Positions 11,201 to 23,417 of a stretch of DNA of 64,000 bases are shown here, one piece after another. The notes under the pieces were generated by a model. That model had not been told where the DNA came from. It did no database searches and was given only the letters and a program-made list of their open reading frames with translations. The stretch is from contig NC_068982.1 in the NCBI RefSeq assembly GCF_001194135.2, forward strand, positions 161,540,799 through 161,604,798, in the 5' to 3' direction. Made by a program: the position numbers and the translations under genes. Each line of letters begins with the position of its first letter. The stretch's first letter is position 1. The DNA is from Octopus bimaculoides (lineage: Eukaryota).

Positions 11201-14200
11201 ACCATTTGGTAACACATCACTTGCTTGTTTCCATGGAAGATCGTGGAGGAGAGTTCTGAATATCCTATCTGCTTCTTTCTCTTCAATAAAACTGGGGAAG
11301 AAACGGATCCTAGAACACAAGAATTAAAATTGCATCAATTGAATTATAAAGTAGTTAAACTACAGGTTTAAAAAGACAAGATATTTTCATCACCAGCTAA
11401 CTGCTTGAAAATAAGCAGGAGAATAAAATAGTGCTCTCATGTTTTTCTTCACTGATGTTGTCAATGTATAATGACTTAATTCCAAAAAACATGAGAAATT
11501 GAAAGATTAGTTTTGTTACGGTTTAGTCAAAGGAAGAAGAGTTGTGCTCTTTTTATAAAGTTTCTGAAAGAAAGCACTTGTCATAAGTTATTCTCAGACC
11601 AGAGACCTCTGGTTTAATTGTACTTCTAGCCCTTAGGTTCCTGTAAAGGTACCTAAGGGCCAAGAGTGTAATTAAACAGGACAATGGATTAAGACTCTCA
11701 CTCCAGATCAGGTATGGTTCCTTCAACAGGCTTCCACTCAGTTTCTGACAACTCAATTTGGTCTGGGTTGTTTTGAGGTTTTCGTTTAATATGCTTACCC
11801 AAGGTGTCACACAGTGGGATTAAACTTGAAACCACATAATTGTTATGCCATGTGACCCTACTGTTTGTTTACTTGTATCAAATTAATGAAACTCACCTTG
11901 ACACACCATTTTCACTGGCACTAATATCATGTATTCCATGTTCTCTGCAAATGTAAAAGACAAATGTAGATTATATTCCTAATCTGGTGAGTCATTGGAC
12001 ACCAATGAAGATTATTTGTTTCTAGGGAGTTCTTTGTTTTCATGGTTTAACCAAGAGACTGGGGGCAGTATCTACATTCACTGTAAGATTTTTGACACTG
12101 GTCAAATTGATAAACTAGTTAAGGTGATACAGTCTGAATACCTAAAGGGAAAATGTGGGAATGGAATTCCAGAGCAATGGTGATCTGGGGAAAGTAAAAG
12201 AGAAGATTGTGTAAATGAGTTAGTATGGGATATTTGAGTTGAGACACAGTATGAGCGATGAGTAGAAGTAGATAGTTGTGTTGGATTAACATGAATGAAG
12301 AAGGTGTACAACTAGTTTAGAAGAGCGAAAGCTGTGGTAATAGAGATAGGACAGCTAGAGAAAAGAAACAGTATAATCTGTGGGATAGAAGTGTGTAAAT
12401 GAGTGAGTTCTTGCTGACAAGTTAGTGGCTTTTGTTTGAATGTAGTCTAAAATATTTTTGCTACACCATTCCAAATATGCTAGCAGTATTCCTTTGTTCC
12501 AGTTATGTTATGTGAGGCTGGCAGGAAAGGTAATCAGACCATGTGAGTTATGTTTGTAGTTGTAAGAAACAGGAACTGTATATAATGGAAAAGTATTTCT
12601 TTAAACTAAACTAGCAGGTTGCGTGATCACCTCGAGGCTTCTTTGTTGGCTCAGTCTTTTGCATGGGTTCAAGGGATTTGAAGGATTTATGCTTTAAGTA
12701 AATGAGAGATGAATTAGCCCTGGATAAAATGCTAGACCATTGTAGGTAAATTCTGGTAGATATTTACAGTTAATACAGAATAAAATGGTCTCTCCTGTCT
12801 GATGATTAACTTGAGATCAGGAAAGGTTTTATGTAGTACCTCAACCTACAAGAAATAGCAGCCAAATCCTCAACTCACACTTTACTATCTTAAAAAAGGA
12901 AGGACAATGATTAGATACGTAATTTTGAAATAATGTGAGATGGTCATGACTGAAACACCTTTAAATATAGCTTTGCTGGATCAGGGCTTACATAGGGTTA
13001 AACAACAATAGGGAGGCCTATTGATTATCCACTCAGTAATATTGCTTCTATGCCATAATGGAGCTATGGACCATCTTTAGAGATTTATTTTCAGTTGAGT
13101 AGAATAAGGCAAATTTAGAAATGGTTCAGATCAATGGTCTGAAGGCCTTAGCAAGGACTGAGCCAACAATCCATAGATTATTATTAGCAAGGAGCACAGA
13201 TCTGTAATCATTAAGTAAGTGAGGAAACATCTACATAGTTGCTAGACCTCTTGGAAATAGCAGCAACCAAATCTCCCCCCAAACCACATATCCTACATTG
13301 GATGATGTAGTCAGGGATACGCCATTAGTGAAAAAATACCAACACCCATGGTTTGAATGTCTCTGATTGTAGGTATGTTCAATCAGAGCTACTCTGAAGC
13401 TAAACAACAACAATATCTTTTTGATTATTCAGCAACTACACCATTCCAAAAGTTAAGGAATGGATAATTATTTCATTCATCTTCCAGATTTCATATTAAG
13501 CATTTTTCTCAATCCTTTCTCTTCAAAATTTCCACTACCAGAAACTTCTTCCCTACCCATCCTTTCTTTCTGGTTACTAACATGGAACAATTCAAACTGA
13601 ACATTAATCACACTATGTGGCCTCAGTATCATGATAAAAATAGACCTAAAGTTGCTTTAAGCAGTGTCCATCCTCCATCTCAGATAAACTTAAATATGCT
13701 ACACCCATCCCAACATCCACTACTATATATCTGTTTTGTTCCAACCATTAGCCTTGTAGTTTATAGGGGAAGATTGTGAGCCATGTGTCTCCTGGTGTAA
13801 TATCAACCTAAAGACAGCTAGGGAGCTGCTATGCAGTTGTTCAACCTGCTAGAAATAATAGCCAAATTTCCCTCAAATACCCAACTATCTTAAAAAAAAA
13901 TTAAACCCATTTGGATCATGTGGCCTTGGATATGCAACAAGGGATGATCATGGCTGGAATGTGTTTCATCATCTGTTTACTCAATCAGGCCTGACCTGGA
14001 TTTAAACATTAACAACAATCCACCGTGTCTCATATAATTAAACACTGCATAGAAGACTGTACAGTATTGTCTTCAACTAGGCAGAAATATGTGCATAGTT
14101 GTTCAGCTGACATGAGCTTATCAAAGGCTGGTTGCTCACCCAGTTATAGTGCTATATCACCTGAATCTTCCTGATATCTCTCTCTAATGTCCTAAAAAAA

Positions 14201-15539
14201 GATGATATGGTCCTGGGTTTCATGCACATAAGAAAAAGACAGGATAGCCACAGCTGGAATGCCTCTGATCATAGCTCAGCTAGGTCACAGCTGATCTGGG
14301 GCTAAAAAACAGCATCATCAACAAAAGCAACATGGATGATTGTCCAAAAAATGTTCTCACGTGATAGTTTTTACTGGTGGTTTCTCTCTGAATTTCTGCA
14401 ATAATAGAAATAAAGGATTGTTCTAAAAAGTAATATATAATCTGATATAAAGTCAATAATATAACATTAACAACACAGACAGCAATTAATACACAAGGGA
14501 TATTTTGAAATTTTCTTATAAAATTAGAAAATCAATAAACAAAGTTTTAATGCAAATTTTATCTAATTGACTATCTGATGTATAAACCTTATATAGCACT
14601 TATTACAACATTTGTCATACTGCTTAACAAATCTTTCACATCACTAATAACATCTTAAATATCAGTTTATCACAACACTAAACCTCATCTCAGATTTATC
14701 ACAATGCTATTAGTTTATCATACCCTCAAACATACAGGTATTTCCTATATCATTTTTATCACATCACTAATTTAATTTCAAACAATGATTATTCCAACAC
14801 TGTTGTGATTGAATATACATATACATAGGCGTAGGAGTGGCTGTGTGGTAAGTAGCTTGCTTACCAACCACATGGTTCCGGGTTCAGTCCCACTGAGTGG
14901 CACCTTGGGCAAGTGTCTTCTACTATAGCCTTGGGTTGACCAAAGCCTTGTGAGTGGATTTGGTAGAAGGAAACAGAATTCAATGAAGACTCAGTTCTGT
15001 AATCCTGCCTGCAGGTTATTGTAACTACTGAAGAAGTGGTTTTTACAGAGTAATTCTAAGTGGTTTCTTGTTGACTCCTTAAGGCTAATAAGAATTAAAC
15101 TCAATCTTGCAAGCTAACAGACCACTCATTAATTTTTTAATGTTATTTCAGTTTAGTGTGGTGGATGGAAAGTGGTTCTTATTTACAACCAGGTGGACGG
15201 GACCATTTCAGAGCTAAGGGGCCACTGACTAAACAGTGCCAATCAAATAAATGAAGCACCAAACTCTTGGCTGGTTACCCTCCACCTTCTCCACGCAACT
15301 ATCTGTGCTCTCCATCTCATATACAAAAATGTACAAATACATTGTATACTTACATTAGAAGATCCAGTAAATAAAAATTGTGTGTATTCTTCTTGTTTTG
15401 AACTGTCTTCTTTGCTATCTTGAGCGTTAAATGATACTGGAGGGCGTTTAGGTTGTGGTAATTTCTTACCAGTGTTATTGTTAGAAGCTGATGACCATCC
15501 TCCTTGTATTCGAGCCCGACGTCGTTTGTCAGAACTCAT
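5168..15539 (-). CDS. ALKBH3: Alpha-ketoglutarate-dependent dioxygenase AlkB homolog 3 (m1A/m3C demethylase); complete 7-exon CDS join(15354-15539,14361-14395,11897-11944,11114-11309,8100-8309,7039-7137,5168-5242), 849 nt, 282 aa
   Basis: All junctions are GT-AG and phases join without stops. N-terminus MSSDKRRRARIQGGW resembles human MEEKRRRARVQGAW. Motifs QPRLTAWYG, NSMLANLYR, WHTD (HxD), EENGDYTY and HRVPKEYH...RINLTFR are recognised from memory of human ALKBH3. Confidence 0.96.
5420..6470 (-). mobile_element. 5'-truncated RTE-clade LINE: degenerate RT C-terminus plus 3' UTR with tandem arrays
   Basis: LELVDSFCYLGNLVSSGGGCSESVSVRIRLGWAKFRELL and LREKLGIRGIKCGVQER-like peptides, with stops and frameshifts; followed by about 45-bp tandem units at 5590-5830. 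Confidence 0.8.
7039..7137 (-). CDS. ALKBH3: ALKBH3 coding exon 6 (EENGDYTYMEH...MEGALQHDWQ)
   Basis: ttcttag|GAA acceptor, CAG|gtaaga donor; 33 codons. Confidence 0.95.
7790..8005 (-). mobile_element. RTE 3'-tail copy
   Basis: Begins with (atc)n tttaatgtccattttccatgttggcatggg, the reverse of the family tail. Confidence 0.7.
8100..8309 (-). CDS. ALKBH3: ALKBH3 coding exon 5 (WHPML...NLYRDGHDSVGWHTD...RRNPPP)
   Basis: ctttcag|TGG acceptor, CCT|gtaagt donor; contains the HxD iron ligands. Confidence 0.95.
8805..9360 (-). mobile_element. RTE 3'-tail copy with five about 60-bp tandem units
   Basis: (atc)n gtttaacgtccattttccatg tail; repeated ggtgctttttatgtgccaccggcac at 8965-9270. Confidence 0.8.
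9480..10160 (-). mobile_element. Degenerate CR1/L2-like LINE fragment
   Basis: Shares atggcttttgtttcaatgtagtctag...caccattccagatatg with 12425-12480; HIWNGA-like peptide. Confidence 0.45.
11114..11309 (-). CDS. ALKBH3: ALKBH3 coding exon 4 (IRFFPSF...QPRLTAWYGDLPYTYS...PNAK)
   Basis: gttctag|G acceptor, AAG|gttaat donor; conserved QPRLTAWYG. Confidence 0.94.
11897..11944 (-). CDS. ALKBH3: ALKBH3 coding exon 3 (EHGIHDISASENGVSR)
   Basis: tttgcag|AGAAC...TCAAG|gtgagt; resembles human EGVYEISLSPTGVSR. Confidence 0.9.
12830..14310. mobile_element. Cluster of copies of a further short interspersed family (core aacctgctagaaatagcagccaaatctccc...tcttaaaaaagga)
   Basis: Copies at about 12830-13010, 13790-14020 and 14120-14310; also about 16500-16640, 18840-19010, 21730-21900, 26200-26400, 32860-33070 and 43240-43420. 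Confidence 0.55.
14361..14395 (-). CDS. ALKBH3: ALKBH3 coding exon 2 (35 nt, KFREKPPVKTI)
   Basis: ttattgcag|AAA...ATCAC|gtgaga; bridges phase 0 to phase 2 exactly as the flanking exons require. Confidence 0.8.
14827..14978 (+). mobile_element. tRNA-derived SINE, 5' half
   Basis: ggagtggctgtgtggtaagtagcttgcttaccaaccacatggttccgggttcagtccc. Confidence 0.8.
15354..15539 (-). CDS. ALKBH3: ALKBH3 coding exon 1 (MSSDKRRR...TGSSN)
   Basis: ATG at 15539; donor AAT|gtaagt; phase 0. Confidence 0.92.
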
Positions 15540-15599
15540 ATCTCAAAGAGATCTAAATGAAGTAAAAATGGGAACCTGATGGAAATTATTTTTATATCA

Positions 15600-16040
15600 A
15601 TAACCTATCATAGTATTTATTACTTTTATATTTATCATAAAACTTGTTACCTATCATAGCATTTGTTATTTCCACACCTGTTTCTAATATAGGGACAAAC
15701 CTAACAGTTTAGGGGGAAGAGGATTTGTGAATATCATTGACCGAAGCACTTGACTCTTACAATATTTTACAAACACCAGAGGGATGAAAGGCGAAGTTGA
15801 CCTCAGGAAGATTTGAACTTAGAACATAGAGAACTGGAATGAATGCTGCTTGGCATTTTTTCTGACATTCTAATGATGCTATCAATCAACAGCCCTTTAC
15901 ACATCATAATATTGTTACTTCTGTCTCTATAAAATTTGTTACTTCTACACCTATCATAATATTTCTTACTTCTATGATTATTATAACACTTGTTATTTCT
16001 ACACATATCTTAATAGTTTATATACACTCTTCTATAATGC
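15600..16040. repeat. About 24-bp minisatellite (ttgttacttctacacctatcataata-like) split by a SINE
   Basis: Units at 15600-15690 and 15900-16040. Confidence 0.6.
15690..15880 (-). mobile_element. Nin-domain-like SINE inserted in a minisatellite
   Basis: gggatgaaaggcgaagttgacctc...atttgaact, the reverse of the 18385 family. Confidence 0.6.
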
Positions 16041-16169
16041 AAGTAGAAAATGTAGCTCCTCAACAAGACAAAAAAGGCCTGCTCTGTTCTGGGCCCCTTC
16101 TTTCATATTGCCTTCCTCTCTACTGTAGACCCCACTCAGTCAAGAAGGATTTTAGTCTGGCAAGCTGCA

Positions 16170-16360
16170 TGGTGGCCTTACTAATTTTGGTGCCACGAAA
16201 ACAGCACCTAGTACATGCAGTAAAGAGGTTGGCATTAGGAAGGGCATCCAGCTGTAGTAGAAACCACACCAAAGCAAACAATCCTTGAACTTATCAGATC
16301 CTGTCAAACCATCCAACCCATGCCAGCAAGAAACATGGACATTAAATGATGATGATGATA
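16170..16360 (+). mobile_element. RTE 3'-tail copy
   Basis: ggcattaggaagggcatccagctgtag...caacccatgccagc...ttaaa(tga)n. Confidence 0.7.
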
Positions 16361-17732
16361 CTTAACATAGTATTGATTGATAACTTTTTCTAGCATGATT
16401 TGTGTTCTCTCTAAGTCTACTTCAAGAAAAGATAACCACAATACCATGAGGCACGTAGAGTGACACTGTGATAGAATTAGGTGTTGCTTAGCCACAAGTC
16501 AGACCTGATCACCGAAGCTTATAATTAGTTGTTCCATCTTTCACTTCAGGCGTTATGCACCCATAACTAACTTATCTCATGTGTCTTTCTTTACAAGGAT
16601 ATGAAGGAGATTTGGCTGCTATTTGTAGCGAGTCATGTATGAAAAAGATAATAGATAAACTCCTGTGACAACAGGCTTATCTATTGTAATTTTTGCTAGA
16701 AATACGAACTATATGTTAGAACGTAGAATAAACCGTTAGGCTGAGGAGGTTTCTTGAAAAAGGGTGAAAAAGTTGACAACTGAGAACAATAAACTAATAT
16801 ATTTATACAAATCAGTATTGGACTCTAATCTTAATTCCAAGCGACAACTGATGATGGAAATAAAATAGTATTTGTTTTTAAATGGATATAATGAATTCAC
16901 TATAATATATTACACAGACAACGCAAGCTGTTCATATAATAAAAAAAATAATAAAAACAACTGCACCGTGGTAGCATCAATATCTGCATTTCAAGACACA
17001 TGTATACTGTTACATTAATTTTTGTTTATTTCGCAATAGTATTATATTACCCTCTAAAATATTCATAATTAAATACAAATTTCGTCTGCACCAACGACCA
17101 AATCCTTGATAATTTCTGTCATAGCAATGAAATAGTGTATACATTGTAAATATCAGATGTTTGCGAGAATATTTACACAATGAAATCTAAAACAAATGTT
17201 TACAATAATTCGGTTAAATCGGTTTTGGACTTTTGAATAACATTCATTATATTGTATTTGTTGATATATCAGAAGCAATGATAAATTTACATCATCAATT
17301 CTATTTAACATTTTCAAATATTTACCTAATTTATGTTTTAAACAACGCCAAACACATTTTGGGGAAATAAAGAAAATAAAGAAAAATTGTTTTACAATAG
17401 GTAAACTTATTTTCGTACTAATACGTAAACTTGTGATCGAGATAAAAATATATTCATTCCATCTAATATACCTTTAATATAGTTTTAAATTATTGCGAAT
17501 AAGTTATTTTGAAATATCATGGTATTAAACAAATCAGTTAAAAATGAATAAAGAGAGAGAATGTTGCAGACAAACTTATACGAAACTTAGTTTCCAGAAT
17601 AAAGTGCAATGGAGGGCAGTAACCAGGAATGTTGATTAAAAGACAAATTAAGTTTAATTAAACACACCAAACATGTCGAGACTTCTTCTGAATTTCCTTA
17701 TATAAACAAATAACGATTAGCTTCAACTCAGT

Positions 17733-17757
17733 ATGGAAACCAAACCAGTTGTTACAT
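17733..17757 (+). CDS. TRAPPC10: TRAPPC10 exon 1 (METKPVVT)
   Basis: ATG...ACAT|gtgagt; resembles human MENKPIVTC. Confidence 0.85.
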
Positions 17758-20700
17758 GTGAGTATATTAAATACATTAAAGTGAATCTGCTGTCGTCTTG
17801 TTTATTTTCTTCTCGCTCTCGTATTTAGAACAATTGTTAAAATAACTACCAAGTTAGACACAGTTTATTAATCCCATTCTCTTCCATATGTCATTTATTG
17901 GGATCAGAATTAAAATTATACATTAACATTTAATGTTAAAGTTGTTTAATGCTCCAGTGTCTCATGAACTCCAGTGTTCACTTAACATAAATTGATGGAA
18001 GCAACTCACTGCCGTGCAAAACATGACTATCCTTAATAATACACTACACCAGCGATTTTCAACCTGTTTTGATCCAAAGTCACTGAACAAGGCACCAAAA
18101 GTGTTGTGGCATATCATAAACTTCATTATTTAAAAATACGAGCATTAAAATTGTTTTAAAATGGAGCTGGGGCGCTTTCATCGCACTTCGCTGCAAAGAA
18201 AATAAAACACCCAAGTTTTCTAAATATTTTGACATTTTCTGGCTCACCTCAAAAAACTTGCGGCACACCTGCCTACCATACACGTTACATGAATGTGTCG
18301 TAGCACAGTGGTAGAAAGCATCTGTATTCCACAGAACAAGCAATATTCAAACCTACACAGACCTTATTTCAATATTTTACCGAGCTAAGGCGGTGAGCTG
18401 GCAGAATCGTTAGCACGCCGAGTAAAATACTTAGCGGCATTTCGTCCGTCTTTACGTTCTGAGTTCAAACTCCGCCGAAGTCGGCTTTGCCCTTCGTCCT
18501 TTGAGGATCGATAAAATAAGTACCAGTTGAGCACTGGGGTCCATCTAATCGACCTATCCCTCCCCCGAAACTGCTGGTCTTGTACCAAGACTTGAAAGCA
18601 ATATTTCACCGAGATAATTAAGTAACGTTCAAGTGGTTACTTGACCTGTTAAAAATAACAGCCAAATCCCAAACCACATCATACTGCTTAAGTTTTTTTT
18701 CCCCCCTTATAAATTGTAACTGTTGTCCAAATATTCATAACATCAGAATTCCTTGTATCTCTCAGTATAGGAATTCTGAAGCTGAGGTAGGTGCTCGTGT
18801 TCAGGTGTTCACATGTAGACTTCCTCAGCTCCAGATCATCTCTTATCAAGCAGACCTATGATCAAAGGTCTTCTAGATGTTAGAATTCCAGCATTGTTTT
18901 TTAAAGTAGTGAACGATATTATAGATTGTGATTTATATTTAAAAGGGCTGAGTGTGGTATAAAGGAGATTTGGTTATTTCTATCAGGGGAGCGAGTATGT
19001 AAAGGCTTCTATGCTGGCTTATTCCACTGTATAGAAGTGTTAGGAGCAAGCTGTTGATTCCAAGATATGCCTAGAAGTTGATTAAGAGAAATATGTGCTC
19101 CACATTTTCACCTTTCCTATTACAATCAACAGTATCCTCCTTCTCTCTGTCTCTGTGATGTTACTATAATGGTTCTTCTCTGAAGAAAACTGTGCCATCA
19201 CCTCTACTCCACTCATCATCACACATTCCCAGTCTTTCCTCTCAAGAACGGCAACCCTCTGGAACTCCACTCTCTCCATATTTCCTTCTGCTGACATCGA
19301 CCTATAAAAGTTTATGCTGAATATCAACCACACTGATCTCAACAATCAGGCAAGACTGTGTGGTTAGAAAGTTTCCTTTGCAATTACTTGGTTTGGGGAT
19401 CAGTCCTACCGCATGGCACATTGTTCAGGTGTTTTTTTTATCATAGATCAGTTCAAGCAAAACCTTATGCTTGATATTTAATTGATACTTAGAGAAGTTC
19501 ACCAAAATAAACATTGCCATTCTTTGGTGACAGACTTTATTCATTACAGTTAACTCAACTATTTGGTGCTTGAATGTGCTTTAACAAATTTATTCAGTCG
19601 CAGGTGTTTGAACTAGGTCTTCCTCCCACTAGTCTTGGATCTTAAGAAAGGTGTTGCTTCCCTCCTCTAAGTCATATATAAAAAAAGAACTCTTTCCTCT
19701 TTAAATTTAATAGCATAAACCAAATTTGGCTATTTATTGTTTCTGTTATCACCCAGCTTCATTTTTTATATGATTATTACCGTGTATGGATGGATGGGAT
19801 GTTTTGTTTTTGTTCTTACAGTTTCTCCTATCAATGTCACAACCATGAGCCCCAACTACAACTTATTTTCTGTCAGTAATACCAATAGCTTTGAACTTAT
19901 GACCATGTCATCATAAGTCCAGAATCTTGACTTCATAACCATTCTCTTTTTTTATTCTTTTATTTCATAGAATACTGAAACATTTCAGAAGCATTGAGCA
20001 TCGTTATAGGAATATTATATAAGCTTTATATCATTATAGTGTATTGGTTTTCATTCTGTATTTCTTATATTGTTGGGACACAACCAAGATTTGATTACAA
20101 AGTCTTTCCTTCCTGTTTCTAGATAATATTTCATACTTATTTTGAAACATGTACACATACTCTCTTTTTCTATCTAAGTGGTTGGCACTTTATCCATTTC
20201 TCTCTCTACACACACACACAGAAATGCAAATGTGAATAACAATATTTAATACATGAAGTAAACATCGTTTGTAAAGTCAATGATTCACTCTGTAGTAATT
20301 CAGAGTTTGTGTGATGGGACTGTTCAGGTTTTATCAAAACAATTCACAAATATACACACACAAATTCATGTTTGTTTTTATGTGAAGTTATATATAAAAG
20401 CAGTCAACCATAAAATTGAAATATACTTTTGGCCTTCGTGCCGGTGGCACATAAAAGCACCCACTACACTCTTGGAGTGATTGGTGTTAGGAAGGGCATC
20501 CAGCTGTAGAAACTCTGCCAAATCAGATTGGAGCCTGGCGTAGCCATCTGGTTCGCCAGTCCTCAGTCAAATCGTCCAACCCATGCTAGCATGGAAAGCG
20601 GACGTTAAACGATGATGATGATGAATTTTGACTGATTTCAAAGTTTGCAGCTTGCTTACCATCATCAAACAGTGTAGTGATGGTCATCTTTTTTCGTTCC

Positions 20701-23367
20701 CCCAACTATTTATAGTACTCCTTATTACTAACCTATATATAAATGTTTTGTTCAAATGTAAACTTTGTATTGTTTGATTCTTTGTCTGAAGAATTTCTAA
20801 TAGGAAATTTCTTACATGTTTATCCAACATGGACAATCTTGTGATTCCTATTAGCAAATGAAATATGTGTTATGGGGAATAATACTAAAAAATTTTCCAA
20901 CTTCCTGTTTTGTTATATGAATGTAAAATATAGATTTTAAGTAAATATCAATATATTTTACAAACAAGGTTATGGAGATTCTTCCCTATTCTCTGGGTTA
21001 CAAGCACACATCAACCGAGGACTGCCCAAGGAAGCTACAGAATGGAAAAGGTTAGTCTGTCAATTATTTTCAGTCAAATGTCACCCTTCACCAGCTCTTT
21101 TTTTTTATTATTGATGAAGACCGTTCCCATAAAGTTTGGAGGCCTTATGTCTGGAGAGGTAACATAAGCAGAGAGTGTTGCAGAAAGATACAGTTTGGGA
21201 TGAGGACAATTGGATATTGTGTTTGCTATGGGGTTCATAGAGCGAAACATTGTAGAGATAACAAGGGAAGTGATTGTTATTGTTGATGTTTAATTCCAGG
21301 TTATGGTCAAAAGTATTCTGTTTGGGAACACACTGTTTTTTCATCACCTAAACCTTTCAAAGCAATATTTTATCATGGTCATAATCCAATGACTGAAACT
21401 AGAAAACAGTTTCTTTTTAAATGTTCTTTTAATAATTTTGAATGTATTTTCAAAAAATTTAAAACACAAATACTGATGTCAACTTTCTTTTTGTTTTAGA
21501 TCCTATGGGAGATCATCAAAGTTTGTGTGTCTTGATGCCAGTTTTGTTCCCTATGATGACGATATTCTACCAACAGAAAATGATAAATCACTTATTAGCC
21601 GACCATTCTTCCACATATATTGGACTGAATGTGTATGTCTTGTTATTTTTATTTTTAAATATTCAGTTTTTACACACATTCAGTTTCATTGAATTGTCTG
21701 TCTTTATAATTCATCTGTGCTGTTGATGCTGTTTAGCCCCAGGTCAGTCCTGATCGAGTATGATTCTAGTCATCAACTTCCTGTTTTTTTACTTCTTATG
21801 CAGTGTATCAAGGACTATATAATTTAATATGTCCTTCCTTTTTTTAAGAGAGTAGGGGATTATGTTTACTATTTCTAGCAGATTGAGTGACTGGACAAGC
21901 CTGGGAGCATGGTAATGGTGGTATTCCTGTTTATCTTTTTATATTGACATAAGTTTTCTTAGAGTTGGTATTGGAAGATAAATATTCTCCTAATGTAGAA
22001 TCCTGTTGCTTATCATTGAAGGAGATTGAGGGATTCTAAATATATTGGAATTTCTTACATCTTCTGTCTCATTCTTTAATATTTTTTGTAATGTTTAACA
22101 GTTATGAATAAAGGACTTTTTAAAGGAATAGGTGGCAAGTATCATAGCTTTGAGTGTTCTGAAAAATATTATGTGAGGTTCATTGATCTTTATTTAATTT
22201 TTTTAAAGCTTAATTTATATTGCAGTTTGTAAAGTATAGTGTTATAGGTTTTAGATTTCCAAAGGCTAATCATATGATCACTGCATTTATGATGAGTTGA
22301 ATTACAAAGAAATATCTGTGTAACTTGAGAAGAAAAATTACTATAAAGTATCATTTTTATCACTGATGTATTTCTGTAAAAGATATATATTTGTATAAAC
22401 ACAGAAATAGAAGACAAAACCTGGAGAAGGAAGATATGAAAACTAAAAGTTTCTGTAATTGGAAATATGTTTAGAGAAATTCTGAATGATGCATGTGACT
22501 CTAATGAGAAAGATTTAGATATCTATAGCATAGATGACAACTGGAAATTTCTACAAAACCCTAACTCTTTCAGAGATGTTTAAACTAAACATCAATTACA
22601 ATCATCTCACTGACCCCAAAGAGCCTGTGTAGGTCGTGGACTCTGTCCCTTTATTTTGATCAACCTTATAACAGAAAAACCAAAAATTGACAATATCCTA
22701 GACCTGTTAACATCCCCTGATATTCTCCAAACCATAATAACATTGAAAGAAAGGATTTAAAACAAGTCTTTAAACTGTGTATCATGTCTATGAATTAAAT
22801 ATTATGTATAAAACAGTGTTGTACTGTCATTGCCAGGATGTGGACAACTACAAGCAGTCAGTACGAGAAGATATAACTGAATGGCATACTGCATTGAAGA
22901 AGAACAATATACCTGACTGGTTAATAGTTGTTGTTGTCAGTGATGAAAGTAAAGTAAAGGCTAAGCTTTTGCCTCGATCATCAGTTATTGACAGAGTGAA
23001 AAGTGATTTCTGTGGGAAGCAGGTTGATAGGTAAGTATTGTCGCTTATCTTTATAATTGCACTTTTATCTGACAATTGCTATGGTTGATGGGAAATGGGA
23101 TGGAGTTAAGAATTTTGCTTATCAAACATGTGGTTTCAGGTTCAGTCCCACTGTGCTTTTATATATATATATATATATCATCATCATCATCGTTTAACGT
23201 CTACTTTCCATGCTAGCATGGGTTGAACGATTTGACTGAGGACTGGCAAACGAGATGGCTATACCCCTGGCAGAGGTCATGGAGTATGGTCTCACTTGGC
23301 TTGCCGGGTCTTCTCACGCACTGCATATTTCCAAAGGTCTCGATCACTAGTCATTGCCTCAGCGAAG

Positions 23368-23417
<50 letters not shown>

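Larger units (their letters stand above)
15540..17732. promoter_or_regulatory. Divergent (head-to-head) ALKBH3/TRAPPC10 interval, probable shared promoter region
   Basis: Start codons face away from each other 2.2 kb apart; 16900-17750 is poor in repeats and has more CpG than the flanks. No TSS data. Confidence 0.5.

Noticed and set aside
13231-13413. ORF considered as a missing ALKBH3 exon
   Set aside because: No similarity to ALKBH3; overlaps a short repeat; the 35-nt exon at 14361-14395 closes the frame.
15123-15330. Plus-strand frame with an in-frame TGA (ELRGH*LNSA) as a selenoprotein, or a snoRNA on the minus strand
   Set aside because: No recognisable selenoprotein motif or SECIS and no convincing C/D or H/ACA boxes; kept only as a low-interest finding.
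20780-20812. CTGAAGA followed by GAAA as a hammerhead
   Set aside because: The GAAA is buried inside the hairpin and stems I and III are absent.
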